Assembly (NCBI GenBank): GCA_964016885.1
Contig: OZ024758.1
Span: forward strand, 21,204,001-21,268,000
Length of the DNA stretch: 64,000 bases
Reading direction: 5' to 3'
DNA from: Eledone cirrhosa
Lineage: Eukaryota
The notes under the pieces were generated by a model. That model was not told the origin of the DNA. It did no database searches and saw nothing but the letters and a program-made list of their open reading frames with translations. The position numbers were made by a program, and so were the translations under genes. Positions 40,318-54,818 of the stretch are shown here, one piece after another. Numbering within the stretch: position 1 is the stretch's first letter; the number at the start of each line of letters is the position of its first letter.

Positions 40318-42644
40318 TACATATATGTACTTATTTATATATATTCGAAGAATTAGTATTGCCCGAAGCAATGAATGATTCTGTAATTTCGTGCGATCCA
40401 AGGAGGTAGTCGCAAATAACCCAAAGGCGCTAATTAATTTGGCTTCTTACTGATAAAAACAAATTCTTGATACGATAGAAACGTGCCAGGTAATAGACAA
40501 TGTTCCCACGAGGCTCTGCTGAACATTGGGAAATAATGAGGAGGAGAAATGTGGAACCTTATAACTAATATCTATAAGATCAATTTCCTGCCAACCTTTG
40601 ATCTTCATCCTCGGGCCTATGTGAAGTATGCGATAGAACTAGAATATAGTGTAGTACATATACTGGGCAAGCAATATACTTCGCCGTTTCAAGAGAACAA
40701 GGAAACAGTATCCAAATGCCTTTTTTTTTTTTTTTTTTTTTTGACTAAACATATTTCTTTAGAATGAAACCAGTAAAATATTAAATAAATACATCTAGGA
40801 TAGTTCTAAAGGAAAATTAAAATTACTGCAAAACATATATATATTATTTCATAAAGTTGGTATATGTAATTTGGAGGAACTATTTTGGCAACAATAAAGA
40901 ATGATTTCTTATATCAAAGCACTACACCTATATATGTCTTTCTTCTTATATATTATTTAATTATTTTAGAAATCTAAGCCTAGGTGTTAAAAAAGTACAT
41001 CCCCTTGTTAAGGTTTTAACAAGTTATATAAATACGCAGTCCTATAATATCACTTATTGTTGAATTCAACACTCAAATTATATATTATTCCAGTAGCATC
41101 ATAGGTTTGCAACTCAAGTATTTAATACTTAAATCTATATTGATCCAGTTGAATTTGGTTACAACACGAATATCATACATATATTTCATTAAATTATGGA
41201 ATTGTTGGCCCTCAGGCGAATATTAATTTCTTAGGAATGGATTGAAGAGGATTTAACATGTAAACTACTATAGTGATAATTATTTCACGGTTAACGTATA
41301 TCCCTCAGGGCATTGCTAGTAATTAATTCATCGATAATATAACGATAAAATCTGAATTTACTGTTGCCTCTATCCGAAATCAAAATATTGTATATTATAA
41401 GTACAATACTTAATGTCATAAATTATAGTAATAAAAAAAAACAGAAAGTGTAAAAACGCCCTTCTGTCACGAATGCCCATGTGATTTGTACCTAAAATGT
41501 AAAGATTCTATCCGAGGCTTGTGCCTCATTTATTTAAAAATAATTTTTTTAAATCATGTTCACTTAAAAATAAATTTCATATAATAAATATATACACAGA
41601 CATGTCTCTCTGTCAATCTTCTCTCTCACAATAACTATGTCTTTCTCTCTCTAATCATGAAGGTAGCCGGAAAAACCTCATATATCGGAAACCCGTGCTC
41701 CGATCTACATGAAACTTGTTTTATTCAATTTGTATTAACATTTGTATTAACATTTCAGGGGCAACTTCCTTTCAAAGTATTTCCCATTATGTGCCGTTTT
41801 GGCTGTATTACAGACAAGAGACAACCACAGAGTTTTAGGAGTTTATAGATATCATCCCTTACACGGATATTACAAGTATTTATTCAGCAGCCCTTTTTAA
41901 ATGGTGTGTTTTAGGAAGATAGAAGAGATTCATCACTAAACGTAATAAGCAAATATGTACTGCGACATCTCCATTGTCTGTCTGGTATTTCCAGAAAATA
42001 TATGAAATATTACGAAAACTATGTTTCAATACATAGCTATACTACAGTACAATAGCTTTAAATTTTTTGTTTCTTGGTAAATTATTGATCTTATTTCGAG
42101 TGATGTGTTGATGTGCTGTATAGAAAAAAATGAATCGCACGTTATTTAATCAAATAGAATTTATTTCCAATCTATTTACTTTCTGAATATCATTTAATGA
42201 TAATATATTCGTGTCATGCCAAGAAAGTCGTCTGAACTAGACACCTCGGCTTCTTGCCATACGTTTGAATTTTCTAAAGATATATTTTGCGTGATATTCT
42301 TTTCTTTTTGTAAATATGCTTTAAGAAAGAGTTACATAGAAATTTATGTTTTGAATACTGAAACTATATATTTCAATAGAGATCCCATTTCATTTATACA
42401 CCTCAGGTTTACGCCAAAGTCCACTTTCAGTGCAATTATATTTTATATACTATATTCTAGGTTATGTCGTATATTAGATAAATAAATTCCACATTTAATA
42501 ATAAAATATCAACTTGTTTATGAGGTCATTGATATTGCAACGCAGCCCCTGGGGAGAGGAGCTTCAATATAGGAAACCAACTGTGTACTATTTAACGAAC
42601 CTTATCAGTTACTGGACATTTAGGAGTGAGTGTATCAAGTAAAT

Positions 42645-42950
42645 AGTCGTTAGAACGTTGGATAGAATTATCTATTGTATTCGTTGCTGCTCTCTGATTT
42701 CTGAGTTCAAATCCCACTGAGGACAACTTTGCCTTTCATCGTTTCGGGGTCGATAAAAAAGTAGTAGTCTAGTATTGGGGTTGATTCCTCCTCTATTCCC
42801 TTTATTATTTCCTCTCCTCTCACTTTCTATCTTTCTCTGAAAGGATCTGCTGTTCTCAGGCCTGGAGATGGACGGGCTCCGCCAGGCTTAATAATGCGCA
42901 AGAAATACGGCTCTAACAAGATTTACGGGACCATACCATAACACACCATA
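42645..42950 (+). mobile_element. SINE family S3
   Basis: B-box gagttcaaatccc, core actttgcctttcatcgtttcggggtcgataaaa, distinct 3' half ending ccataccataacacacca. Confidence 0.7.
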
Positions 42951-43422
42951 CTATATTAGGTAAACAGCTACTTAATATTCTATCAAATACAAATTGAATA
43001 TGATTAACATCAGAACACATTTAATGTATGCCATTCATCAGATATATATATTATCAGAAATATGCCAAATTGCCGTAGAAGGAAGGGAACATGAATTATA
43101 TATTTTAAAGTAAGGAATAGTAAAATATGATGGTATCAATTTTAACGAGTTTATTAAATTATCTCTTAATAATCTCAGACACGTCTTGTATGTTTTCTGT
43201 TTACTGCTTATAGATATCATTCGCAGAAAGTGTATTAAATAATCACGTTCTCTATAAACGGCATATGAATGCATGTGTGCATGTATTTTCATATATGTGT
43301 GTCTATGTTCGAAAGTACCTATATGCGTGTATATATAGGTATCAATACACCATCAAATCCTTCCGCTCACACTAAACGAAAGACATATTTCCGCATATAT
43401 GCAAATATATTAATATATATTC

Positions 43423-43900
43423 GTGAAGGCGCATGGCTTAGTGGTTAGAGCATTGGGCTTGCAATCGGAAATGTGTGAGTTCAATTCTCGGACAAGGTGA
43501 TACGTTGTATCCTTGAGCAAGACATTTTATTTCACGTTGCTCCAGTTTACTCAGCTGTAGAAATGAGTTTCCCTTGACAACATATATAGTGTAACGTATA
43601 TATGGTGTGAAAGGTATATATATATATATATGTATAGTATGTATATATATATATATATGTATATATAGACTGTAATGTGTATATATAGTAGGTATATAAT
43701 GTCTATGAATGTTGTCACGTCACTGGTGTCAAGCTGTATCAGCCTTGCTTTTCCCTTTGACATTATCGGTGGCGTGGAGAGACGAGACGGGTATGCAGAG
43801 GTGACTGGTAGTCTCCCACAAACAACCTTGCCCGGACTTGTGGCTCGGAGGGAAAATTTCGAGGTGTAAATCACCTGGTTATTCTTGGCCGAAAGGGGTC
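43423..43900 (+). mobile_element. SINE family S2, near full length, interrupted by TA-rich sequence at about 43580-43710
   Basis: A-box tggcttagtgg, B-box gagttcaattc, tccttgagcaagacatt core. Confidence 0.8.
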
Positions 43901-45921
43901 TTTTTGTTATTCATCGAAATTGTTTTATTTGTTCACATACATATATTTCGTTTGTTTCGATTATATTTCGATTGTTTTCGTTTTAACATCATATAATCAG
44001 TTTTTAACTCTTTATCTTTCATATTTGCATTTACTCTCTCTTTGATTATGCTATCGTTCTATGGTTGTCTATCAATTTAATATAGAACCGTTTCCTATGA
44101 ACAGTAATATATCTATCAACATGTCCTGATTATTGTCCGTAGAGCTTGTATGATTGATGAATATTGTCTAATAGATATAAGATATTTGACTGTTTTCCGA
44201 TAGTATTGAAATGATATATCTACTATACTGGCTACATCAAAACAATATCCAGTCATCAGTACCTTTAGTTTGCTTCACCGTCTTATACTTTTTTTTCCGA
44301 CAGGGCCCATCCCATTGACATAACACAGCGATTTAATCTGCTATATCTGTTTTCATAATGCTGTGAACGGTGTCATGGTTGAGTCCCTCGCTCGGATTTG
44401 AGGCGAAATTGATCTCTTGAACAACAGGAATGAAATTTCTCTTAAGAAATCCCTACCAAACTTCCATATTTAATACGTGTATGTATAATTGTCATGCACA
44501 AAACCTCTTGTCATTTCAACCCGGTAAATTTATATAACCCAGTATGATATATATTACCGCATTATGTAAATATCATATATTATTTTAAGTATTAAACTAA
44601 AGAGTTGATTATACAAACGTATTGTAAAGTTAGACGGACAGAAGAAATTTCATTTCAAAGAAGCATCTAGCTGATCCAATGGTGTATTAATAACATTGAA
44701 CCCATAAGTAATATGAACAATGTTATGTGTATCAATAACCGAAATAGCCATTATGTATTTAGATTAAAATTTCAATTTATATAATCATTCTATACATATA
44801 GAATTTCTATACTTCCTCTATAGTTGTCCTTATTCACCTGGGAATATCATGCTCATATATGCTATTGAAATATATAAAGAAATTGCAGTCCAAGTACTTT
44901 TGTAAAGCTTTGTAGAAGTGTATGCAATATAAATTGGAAACATCGGTGAATATGGCGATACCTACATTAAAATGACAATAGATAAGTTGGTTGTTTTAGT
45001 TTATTTTATTATTATTCAAGCTTGGAGTGTTTCAAAACAGATCTTGCTGAGAATGTATGGCCTACGTAGGAAGCATACAAAGAAATTTGTGTAGACATTT
45101 GAAAATATTTTCTGTTGAAAATTAACAATGGCGAAAAATGTTGAGAATGAAAGCAATATAGTTTTCCTATAATGAAACCAAACCAAGAAAAATAGCTGAA
45201 CAATATTTATTGTAATTCACATTGATATAATTATATCAGGAACAAGCTCATTTTGGAAAATATCAAATTAGAATAAAAGAAGCAAATACAAATAAATGGG
45301 AAACAGAGTATGTTCTGTGAATTCTTATGTAAATTCTGAGAGTTTTTCACTCTTTTGAGAAATATAACGCAATAGAATTCATAATATTATAAAAGCGAAT
45401 ATTTGTTCTGTGATAGTCGTTATTTTTCTTACAGAAGATAATTGTATTCTGACACCTTTAATCGTTGCTGGGTGAAAGACGGAATGAATACAACTGATTC
45501 TGGGAAGAAAAGCAATATCTGCGTGTAAGTATAAATTATTTACACATGATCCATATCACTATATCTTCAACTTGTGTCATTTTCAATGTCCATCATATAC
45601 AGCATTGATTCAATAGAAATAGATTGTAGATCAAAGAATGCATGTATAGAAATTAATATGATGATAACATTTCTTAAAAAGTGTGAAAGAGCAATCTGAC
45701 AATAGCAAAAATAGAAAAAGTAACCGGGGTTTCGTTGCTCGTCAAAGCAAAAAGGGTCGAACTCCGAAAGGTTTGTGGTAGAGCCTCTGTCAGTAGAGAC
45801 AACATACGTCCTTAGCCCCCGCACTAAATCATGCAGGCTAATGTGTGTTTCAAAATATACATATTTAATTATGTGCGGATTCCCGATGTAGATCGGGAGG
45901 TGATCAGAGTTAAAAAATGTA

Positions 45922-45971
<50 letters not shown>

Positions 45972-45989
45972 CGTGTGTGGGCATAGCTA

Positions 45990-46215
45990 TATAAGAGATG
46001 TCAACCTGAATGGACCTGTTATTTTTATCTAAAGTCATTTTTTTCCAATTCAAACCCGCCCGTCCCCTCAATCTATCTTATTTCTCATTCTTTCTTCTGA
46101 TGAAGGACTAGCGCCCGAAACGTTACAACCCTCTTCCTGATATTTCAAGCGTTAACCTAAAATGTTCCTTAAATATATTGTACCGATTGTGTTGTTATTT
46201 CGGTTTATCTTTTAT
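45990..46215 (+). mobile_element. Family B pLTR with HHR core at 46097-46124
   Basis: CTGATGA-a-ggac-tagc-gccc-GAAA-cgtt. Confidence 0.75.
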
Positions 46216-46235
46216 ATATATATGTGTATATACAT

Positions 46236-46283
<48 letters not shown>

Positions 46284-46322
46284 GATATTAACAAATGGAA
46301 ACTATATTTATAAAACCATATT

Positions 46323-46387
46323 TATTTCATTATACATATTTCAAGGACACCAAGTTAAATTATGGTGTGCTTTCATCAGAAAAAATA
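46323..46387 (-). ncRNA. Type I hammerhead ribozyme, intact core (family C)
   Basis: Exact reverse complement of 47536-47600. Confidence 0.85.
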
Positions 46388-47259
46388 TAATATAGATCAG
46401 TTTTATAAATAAATATTGACATACCCTTAAAGAATGCAACCATTACTGTTGGAAGCTCCCGGATAGTGGAGTTGTAGCTTTAATTATATTATTATTAGTA
46501 TTGGATATTTTCATTTTTAAAATAAGCCGTTGGGTTACGGAGAAAGAGAAAGATAAATAAGGAGAGAGAGAAAATAAAGAGAGATAGAAAAGAGAAAAGA
46601 GAGAGAGGGAGAGAGAGACCAAAACAACAGAGAGAGAAAGATATATATAGAGAGAGGAGACATATCTTGTTGAGTTAACTTAACAATTGAGATGAAATGA
46701 ATAAATAAAATTAGAAATGTTAATAATCATGAATGGAATATACATATATAATATGAGAAATTAACCATTGTTTAAATATGATTAGATGTTAAAAATTGAG
46801 ATCAATATATTAAAAATTGGGATCTATATATTAAGAAATCCATATATTACTAGAGAACTACATATCATATAACACGTATACACACGCAAAAATACATATA
46901 AATATATATACACACTTATAAAATACATATACATATCTAACTACGTATATAATATATACACACACAACATAAAGATTCTTTAATTTAATTTAAGATATAG
47001 GAATCTTATAAAATGTTATAATTGTTAAGATATTAAAGGAAATTTTATTTTATACACACTTTATTATATTAAACAACATTTTTTTATATAAGTTTTATAA
47101 GATTACCTGTTATGTATTTATGGCTATTATTATATGTCCATCTGTCAGGAATCTTGGGATAATCACTATACATAAGTGCAATCAAATTGTATGGATATAC
47201 ACGCATATGTATATACACTCTCTATATCTTTCTCTATATCTTTCTCTCTCTGTTGTTTT

Positions 47260-47317
<58 letters not shown>

Positions 47318-47535
47318 TCTTTCTCTTTTCTATCTCTCTCTCTCTTTTTTTTCTCTCTCTCCTTATTTATCTTTCTCTTTCTCCGTAACCCAACGGCTTA
47401 TTTTAAAAATAAAAATATCCAATACTAATAATAATATAATTAAAGCTACAACTCCACTATCCGGGAGCTTCCAACAGTAATGGTTGCATTCTTTAAGGGT
47501 ATGTCAATATTTATTTATAAAACTGATCTATATTA

Positions 47536-47600
47536 TATTTTTTCTGATGAAAGCACACCATAATTTAACTTGGTGTCCTTGAAATATGTATAATGAAATA
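47536..47600 (+). ncRNA. Type I hammerhead ribozyme, intact core (family C)
   Basis: tatttttt-CTGATGA-aagCacacca-taatttaact-tggtgtCctt-GAAA-tatgta-TA-atgaaata. Confidence 0.85.
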
Positions 47601-47727
47601 AATATGGTTTTATAAATATAGTTTCCATTAGTTAATATCGTATTTTTACTCCAAATATTTGTTGAGTGCTTTATATCAGTGATAAAAATATTTGCTTGTT
47701 GTATCCAAACAATTTAAATAGAACTTT

Positions 47728-47787
<60 letters not shown>

Positions 47788-47789
<2 letters not shown>

Positions 47790-48145
47790 GTAGAAGGTGA
47801 GTAATATTGTAGAACTATAGACCGAACTATGCATATATCAGATAAGTAGCACTCAACAGTTGGTAGTGCTGGAGTATATATAATAAAGAAGAAATTAAAA
47901 GATGGTTAAAAGAGTTCGATATATTTTGTTATGCGTATTTCGAATACAAAATCATCCTCGGACGAAAGTCGTGTTCTCATCACATAAAATAAGGTATCAT
48001 GATATGAGGCATAATATCACTTGTTAACAGGAAAGTGCTAAGTCTACATGTTACATTATTTTATCTGATGAGAACACAATGTTTAACCCAGGATAATTTC
48101 CTATTCGCAATACGCATAATAAAATATATGGAACTCTTTTAACCA

Positions 48146-48147
<2 letters not shown>
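47788..48147. mobile_element. Family F (C-related): tail plus divergent inverted HHR pair
   Basis: Tail 47788-47872 (agcactcaa); HHR 47923-47990 (-, GTGATGA, GAAA intact); HHR 48058-48125 (+, CTGATGA intact, GCAA); stem I attttat/ataaaat. Confidence 0.75.
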
Positions 48148-48184
<37 letters not shown>

Positions 48185-48785
48185 GTGTGTGTGTGTATGT
48201 GTGTGTGTGGGGGGGGGGTGTCTGTACGCGTGAGTTTGTGTGTTTGTTTAGTTAAAAATAGGGGTGCTGTTTAGTACAGAACTCTCATTACAGATGAAAT
48301 AAATGTACAAATAAAATCGCTCAGAAATGTAATTTTCTTCACACCACAAGACAAATCGTTCTATGTTACGTACATCAAGTAGTCATACGTTTTATAAACT
48401 ACCCTGTACAGGTTTCCATTGATTAAGACAGACGTTTCACATAATAATTTAATTTAACAAATTGGGTTCTCGAATTTTGTGACTTAATAAACATATGCTT
48501 ATTTTCTGTGTGAAACACGTCCTTATGACTCTTTTGTGGTGTTGGAGTTATGGTGTGTAAATCGAGCTAAATAGACAGGATTCAGTTAATTCAATAGAAA
48601 CGTTTAACCGTGTGTTCACTTCGAAATACACTGATGAGCATTTACTTTTATATTTTACTCATATATATATATATATAGTGTATATATGTGTCTTTCCTCG
48701 AGTTTTTGTTATTTATCTGCCCATGTTTTCATATAAGTATTCCTAAGGATGCCGTCAGGGTCATACATTTTCATATATATATATT

Positions 48786-48814
<29 letters not shown>

Positions 48815-48816
<2 letters not shown>

Positions 48817-48981
48817 CGGGATCAATGGGGGGGGGGGGGTAATCACAGTAGGTAAGGTACTCAATACATATCAAAGTATAAATAGTCAATAGAGAAATGG
48901 CTTCTACAGGACTAGAACTGTTTTCTGATGGTCTCTTTCGAATGTAACAGTTCTAGTCCCGTAGAAGCCATTTCTATATTA

Positions 48982-49024
<43 letters not shown>

Positions 49025-49090
49025 GAGTCAAGTATTGAGTACTCTGGTGCGTTACGGCACATCTGCTATCTTACCACACCCTTTTTCTTA
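48815..49090. mobile_element. Family D tail plus fold-back, then an A-like tail after (TA)n
   Basis: Arms agaaatggcttctacaggactagaactgtt / aacagttctagtcccgtagaagccatttct; tails with ggtactcaa (48856) and ttgagtact (49035). Confidence 0.7.
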
Positions 49091-49094
49091 TATG

Positions 49095-49907
<813 letters not shown>

Positions 49908-50378
49908 CGGCTAGCCTCACATGACATAAATGAGAGAACGTAGTCTCTTGGTTTTCACGAAAACAAAATTCATCTACTTATTTAGATATACAACGATAGG
50001 AATGAATAACATCCATAGTTAAATTCCATTATCTTTCACTTTCACAGTTCTGACAAATCAATAATAGGTTTTCATGTAAATTAAATGTTAATGAAAACAT
50101 TGCTGAAACGATTGTAATATCTATTGAAATGTATATAAATAAATGATGGAAAATTCAGAGATTTTGTGAGAAACTGAATTCTTTGTAATATAAATTAAGC
50201 TAAAAATTATTATCGACTAAACTAGAAGTGTATTTACACAAAGTAAAGAAAAAGAATTTAAAGAAAAAACAAAAATGTTTCTATAGTCTGAAATAGTTGT
50301 TGTTTATGCAAATTGCAATTTTGTCAATTAGAAATGTTTGAAGAATCAGTTACGATAGAGTTAACTATATTAAAAGAT

Positions 50379-50446
50379 CAAACAAACAAACAAACAAACA
50401 AACAAACAAACAAACAAACAAACAAACAAACAAACAAACAAACAAA
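50379..50446. repeat. (AAAC)n microsatellite
   Basis: Direct reading. Confidence 0.95.
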
Positions 50447-51117
50447 CGAATGAAAGAGACGTAATAAATTGATGGTTTTCAAATGTCTATTTAGGGTGAA
50501 AGTCATTAATTAAACAAATACTATTTATTCGTAATAATTGTTCTTTCGTGTCATCATTGGAATATTTCAGTAGTGTTTCGTTGGTTTGTAAGCGAAGACA
50601 TTGCTAATGCCTTCCTAACTTCTTCGTTATTTAGAAAGAATTGGAAGCTGTGAGAGTCCCGCACAATCGTTCTAATAGTGAAGCATCGCCGCCTCAAAGA
50701 GATGGATAGAGTGAGAAGAGGAGACACCAGGGCACACAGACAGGGATAGAATGCGGAGGAGGGAGGGACCCGGACACAAAGAGAGATACAATTAGAAGGA
50801 AAGAGAGCGATAGAATGAGCAGGAGAGAGAGACCAGGACAGAAAGAGAGCAATATAATCAGCAGGAGAGAGTGACTAGGGCACAAAGTGAGAGACTGAGA
50901 TAGAGGGAGGATGGAGATCCCCCCTCCTCGTTAGAGCAAGTTTATCCTAAGGTTAGAAGATTATATGAATGTATTAAACTATTCGACTTTACTAACCTAG
51001 AATTTCAGCTTTCTCGTGATCTTTATTGCTTGAGCATGAGGAGAGGCAAAGATTGTCGTGGTTAATTGGATTCTTTTTCTATTTAGGCTGAAGGGGAAGC
51101 TTAATCGGGAAGGTGTC

Positions 51118-51320
51118 TTCAAATCGGAGAATTGGTACACATTCTTGCAACAGAGAGGGCTCCCTAGAAAGTAGATTGCGTTGTTAAATGAGATTATGTC
51201 TAAAACTAAAAGGCACCACTTCAGATCGGAGAATTGGTGCGAATTCTTGCAACAGAGAGGACTCCCTGGAAGGCAGATTGCGTTGTTAAATGGGATTATG
51301 TCTAAAATTAATAAGCACCA
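51118..51320. repeat. ~102-bp tandem duplication
   Basis: ttca.atcggagaattggt...attatgtctaaaa...gcaccac twice. Confidence 0.85.
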
Positions 51321-52436
51321 CAAATGGATATCAACTCACATTCTGAAAAAAAAGAACAAATGGTGCAACGTCTCTCACTTGGCCACTTAACGATGTCGCA
51401 CATACAAACAAGTAGGAGTAGTATTCATATATCATCCTTGGGCAGTTGAAACGCAGAGTGGAACTCGATTGGCTTTCCACTGAAAACACAATATGCTTGA
51501 ATAAAAAGTAAAAGGTATTTTGTCTGATGTTCTACAGCTCTTCTAAAACGCTTCCTGTTTCGTCTCCTATACTTTGCCTCGACGACAGACAATTATTGTA
51601 CCGCCAATCTAAGACAATTAAATGGACAGAGGTGTTGTTTTAATAAAAATGAACGTTAGGTCGGAAATGTTACTTTAAAAGGTATATTTGAACATTAAAC
51701 CGTATGACATTCAGAGGAAATGTTAATTCATTTATTAGACAAGTATCTGTCACTAGAGTCATTAAATCATTAGTTATTTAGAAATCAAATTAATTTATAA
51801 TATTTCAATGTCCTACACGCTATTAGTGTACAAATGGAAATAATTTCAGTTGCCGATGAATTAGTTGGCAGATTAATATTACAATATCATATGTCTAGTA
51901 AGCAAGAAATATTACATATTTATATAACCTTGGTTTATATGTCTATACCTTTGTACATGGAAATGTCCCCATCAAGGCGAATGAATCGTCAAGATGAATT
52001 ATGGTAGAGAAGCAATCTGCCTCCTACACGTCCCCAATATTGACATCGGGGAAAACACTGGCATATGATAAAGCTTTGCACGAATGAAATTATGTCACCA
52101 GGGAAAGTAGAAGGCAAAGCCTGTATTATTTATCTACCCAGTATTTCCATTCTAGATGGAAAGCTTAACACTTGTCCGTGTCTAGTGGCACTTTACCCGT
52201 TTCATTTAAATATCATATATTGTTATCATCTATTATTATGGTTATTTGGTTTGTGGCGACTATATTTTCAAGTAATTGTGATCTCATCAGGAACCACAGG
52301 CAAACATTATTTTCATGCGCTATATATATCTATGTGTGTATGTCTATGTGTGTGTATGCGTGTGTGCGTGGGTGGGTGTATATGTATTTGTGCGTGTGTG
52401 TATGTGCGTATGTGTGTGTCCGTGTGTGTTTATCTC

Positions 52437-52645
52437 GGGTTCAATCGGGGGTAATCACACTAAGTAAAGTACTCAATACATACCAGAATGTAAATAATTA
52501 ATATAGTAACAGCTTCTACAGCACTAGAACTGTTTCATTCTTATTGAAATGATGAGGAGAGCGGAGCTTTCCTGGTGGGCTATCCTGATGATTTATATAC
52601 GAAGCAACAGTTCTAGTCCTGTAGAAGCCATTTCTATATTAATTA
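52437..52645. mobile_element. Family D tail plus fold-back
   Basis: Arms 52496-52534 and 52606-52645; minus arm reads GAAA-cag-ttctagtg-ctg-TA-gaag (stem III acag/ctgt, GUA triplet). Confidence 0.7.
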
Positions 52646-52649
52646 TATA

Positions 52650-52696
<47 letters not shown>

Positions 52697-52699
<3 letters not shown>

Positions 52700-52850
52700 A
52701 GGAAGTGTGGTAAGGAACCAGGTGGGCCATAACGCACCAGAGTACTCGATACATTGGGTAGTAATGTGGGTAATAGGAAAAGTTTCAGGACCCCGACGAC
52801 AGAGTTCAAGCCGTTTCGACAGCTATTTCTGGACGGTCCTGATTCTTTTC
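52697..52850 (-). mobile_element. Family A HHR 3' half plus tail (diverged)
   Basis: gaaggaagtgtggtaaggaacc...gaccccgacgacagagttcaagccgtttcgacagcta. Confidence 0.8.
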
Positions 52851-53057
52851 CTATATATATATATCGTGTAGACGCGTTCTTGAGACTAGTAAAATGAGGT
52901 ATCCTCTTGATAAGTCGACAGACCTCGCAGGGACTCTATATCTTTATGATGTATTGTTTTTGTTTATGCCACGAAACTACGTAGTCGAGGAATCTAGGAG
53001 CAGTTTAGGTATGAGACATTTTATTACTAATTATATCTAAATGTTTCTTCTCTCTTC

Positions 53058-53115
<58 letters not shown>

Positions 53116-53928
53116 CAAAGAGAAAGAAGAATGACAGATGGGGGGGGGGTAATCGAAGACAGAGCTGAAATCAAAATGAAAGGGTGATAACATATATAAG
53201 TTTATGTAGATTAATGTATCTTCCAGTAAATGAAACATATCAAAGTAATGCATTTTATATCTTGCTGGCAAAATTTATTTTTGTTACTTATCTATGCATT
53301 CAAAGCAATTGTAAACTAGACTCATTTTTTACAGAATCACGTGATATAGAATTATACATTCATTAAAAACCAAACAGTTGTATTATCGCACATAAATGTT
53401 ATGATGTTCAGACAAAGTAGTCGCTCAAGTTATTTATAAATACACCGTTTACTCTCATAGTAAGTATTACAACTCTGCACCGCGAAATAAATCGTGTGAA
53501 GTACAGGGGAACCAACGCTATGACCTCTCTTGTAAAGCCGCCATTTTAACATAACTAGTTCTTTGAATCTGTACCACGTCTAGCAGATTTTAGGAATAGT
53601 TGATGTATTAACGGGAGCTATAAAACAGAAATCTACCATAAATCACCATATTGTATGATTAGATGAAATTTCATTTCTTCTTTTTTCAGAGAAAAACTAA
53701 AGTGAGTTATGTTGCCTAATGAATCAAATCACAAGCTTCAGGAAATGTAGAAGGAATAAATTTCATTTAAGTGATTATTATGGCTGATTTGTTAGATTTA
53801 TTATTAATGTCTTATATTCAATGAAATATTTCATATTTGGTTTAGTTTGCAGTGTTTTCTTGAGATATGTACACGTGTAAATAAACGCAGTCACACGTGC
53901 AGACACACACACACACACCAACGCCCTC

Positions 53929-53963
<35 letters not shown>

Positions 53964-54098
53964 CGCACATATATATATATATATATATATATAAATACAC
54001 ATATATATATATATATAAATACACACATATATATATATATAAATACATACATATATATATATATAAATACATATATATATATATATATATATATAAAT

Positions 54099-54135
<37 letters not shown>

Positions 54136-54166
54136 CACATATATATATATATATATATATATAAAT

Positions 54167-54269
<103 letters not shown>

Positions 54270-54313
54270 CACATATATACATATATACATATATATACAC
54301 ATAATTAAATAAG

Positions 54314-54371
<58 letters not shown>

Positions 54372-54758
54372 CTTGTGCCTGACTCCGTGTGTCTGTGTGT
54401 TCCCATATTAACATCTACTTTTACATACTTGCTTAACTAGACATATATATGCATAAAATGGACATACACACACACATATAAATATATATGTGTGTATACA
54501 TGTGAAAATCCACGTGGTTGTATATGTATCTCTACTTAAAGAAGTATTTATTAATTAGATTTCACCTTCAAATAAAAAATTGAAGGCGGTATTAAAGACC
54601 GGGAATACGCATTATTTATTAGTGAAATGAATCATGGTCACTGACCGAAAAGTTTCGCTTATAACAGCTCATCAAATGAAATTGTATATCTGTAAGTTTT
54701 TCCCCCTCTCTCTGCTTTTCTCTCTCCCCATATATATCTATATATCTATATATATATG

Positions 54759-54817
<59 letters not shown>

Positions 54818-54818
<1 letters not shown>

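Larger units (their letters stand above)
46281..47730. mobile_element. Family C element with ~370-420 bp near-identical inverted arms and a one-sided 3' tail
   Basis: Arms 46281-~46655 and ~47222-47642; tail 47643-47730 with gttgagtgct; flanked by (TA)n. Confidence 0.9.

Noticed and set aside
45721-45750. Minus-strand ttgacgagcaacgaaaccccggtta minimal hammerhead
   Set aside because: C3 missing, 1-bp stem II, no stem I
48597-48642. Type II permuted hammerhead (GAAAcgtt...CTGATGA)
   Set aside because: 6-nt gap between cleavage site and putative stem I; stem II unpaired
52585-52627. Complete family D hammerhead on the + arm
   Set aside because: GAAA replaced by gaagcaa, stem II absent, stem I poor; only the 3' half is supported
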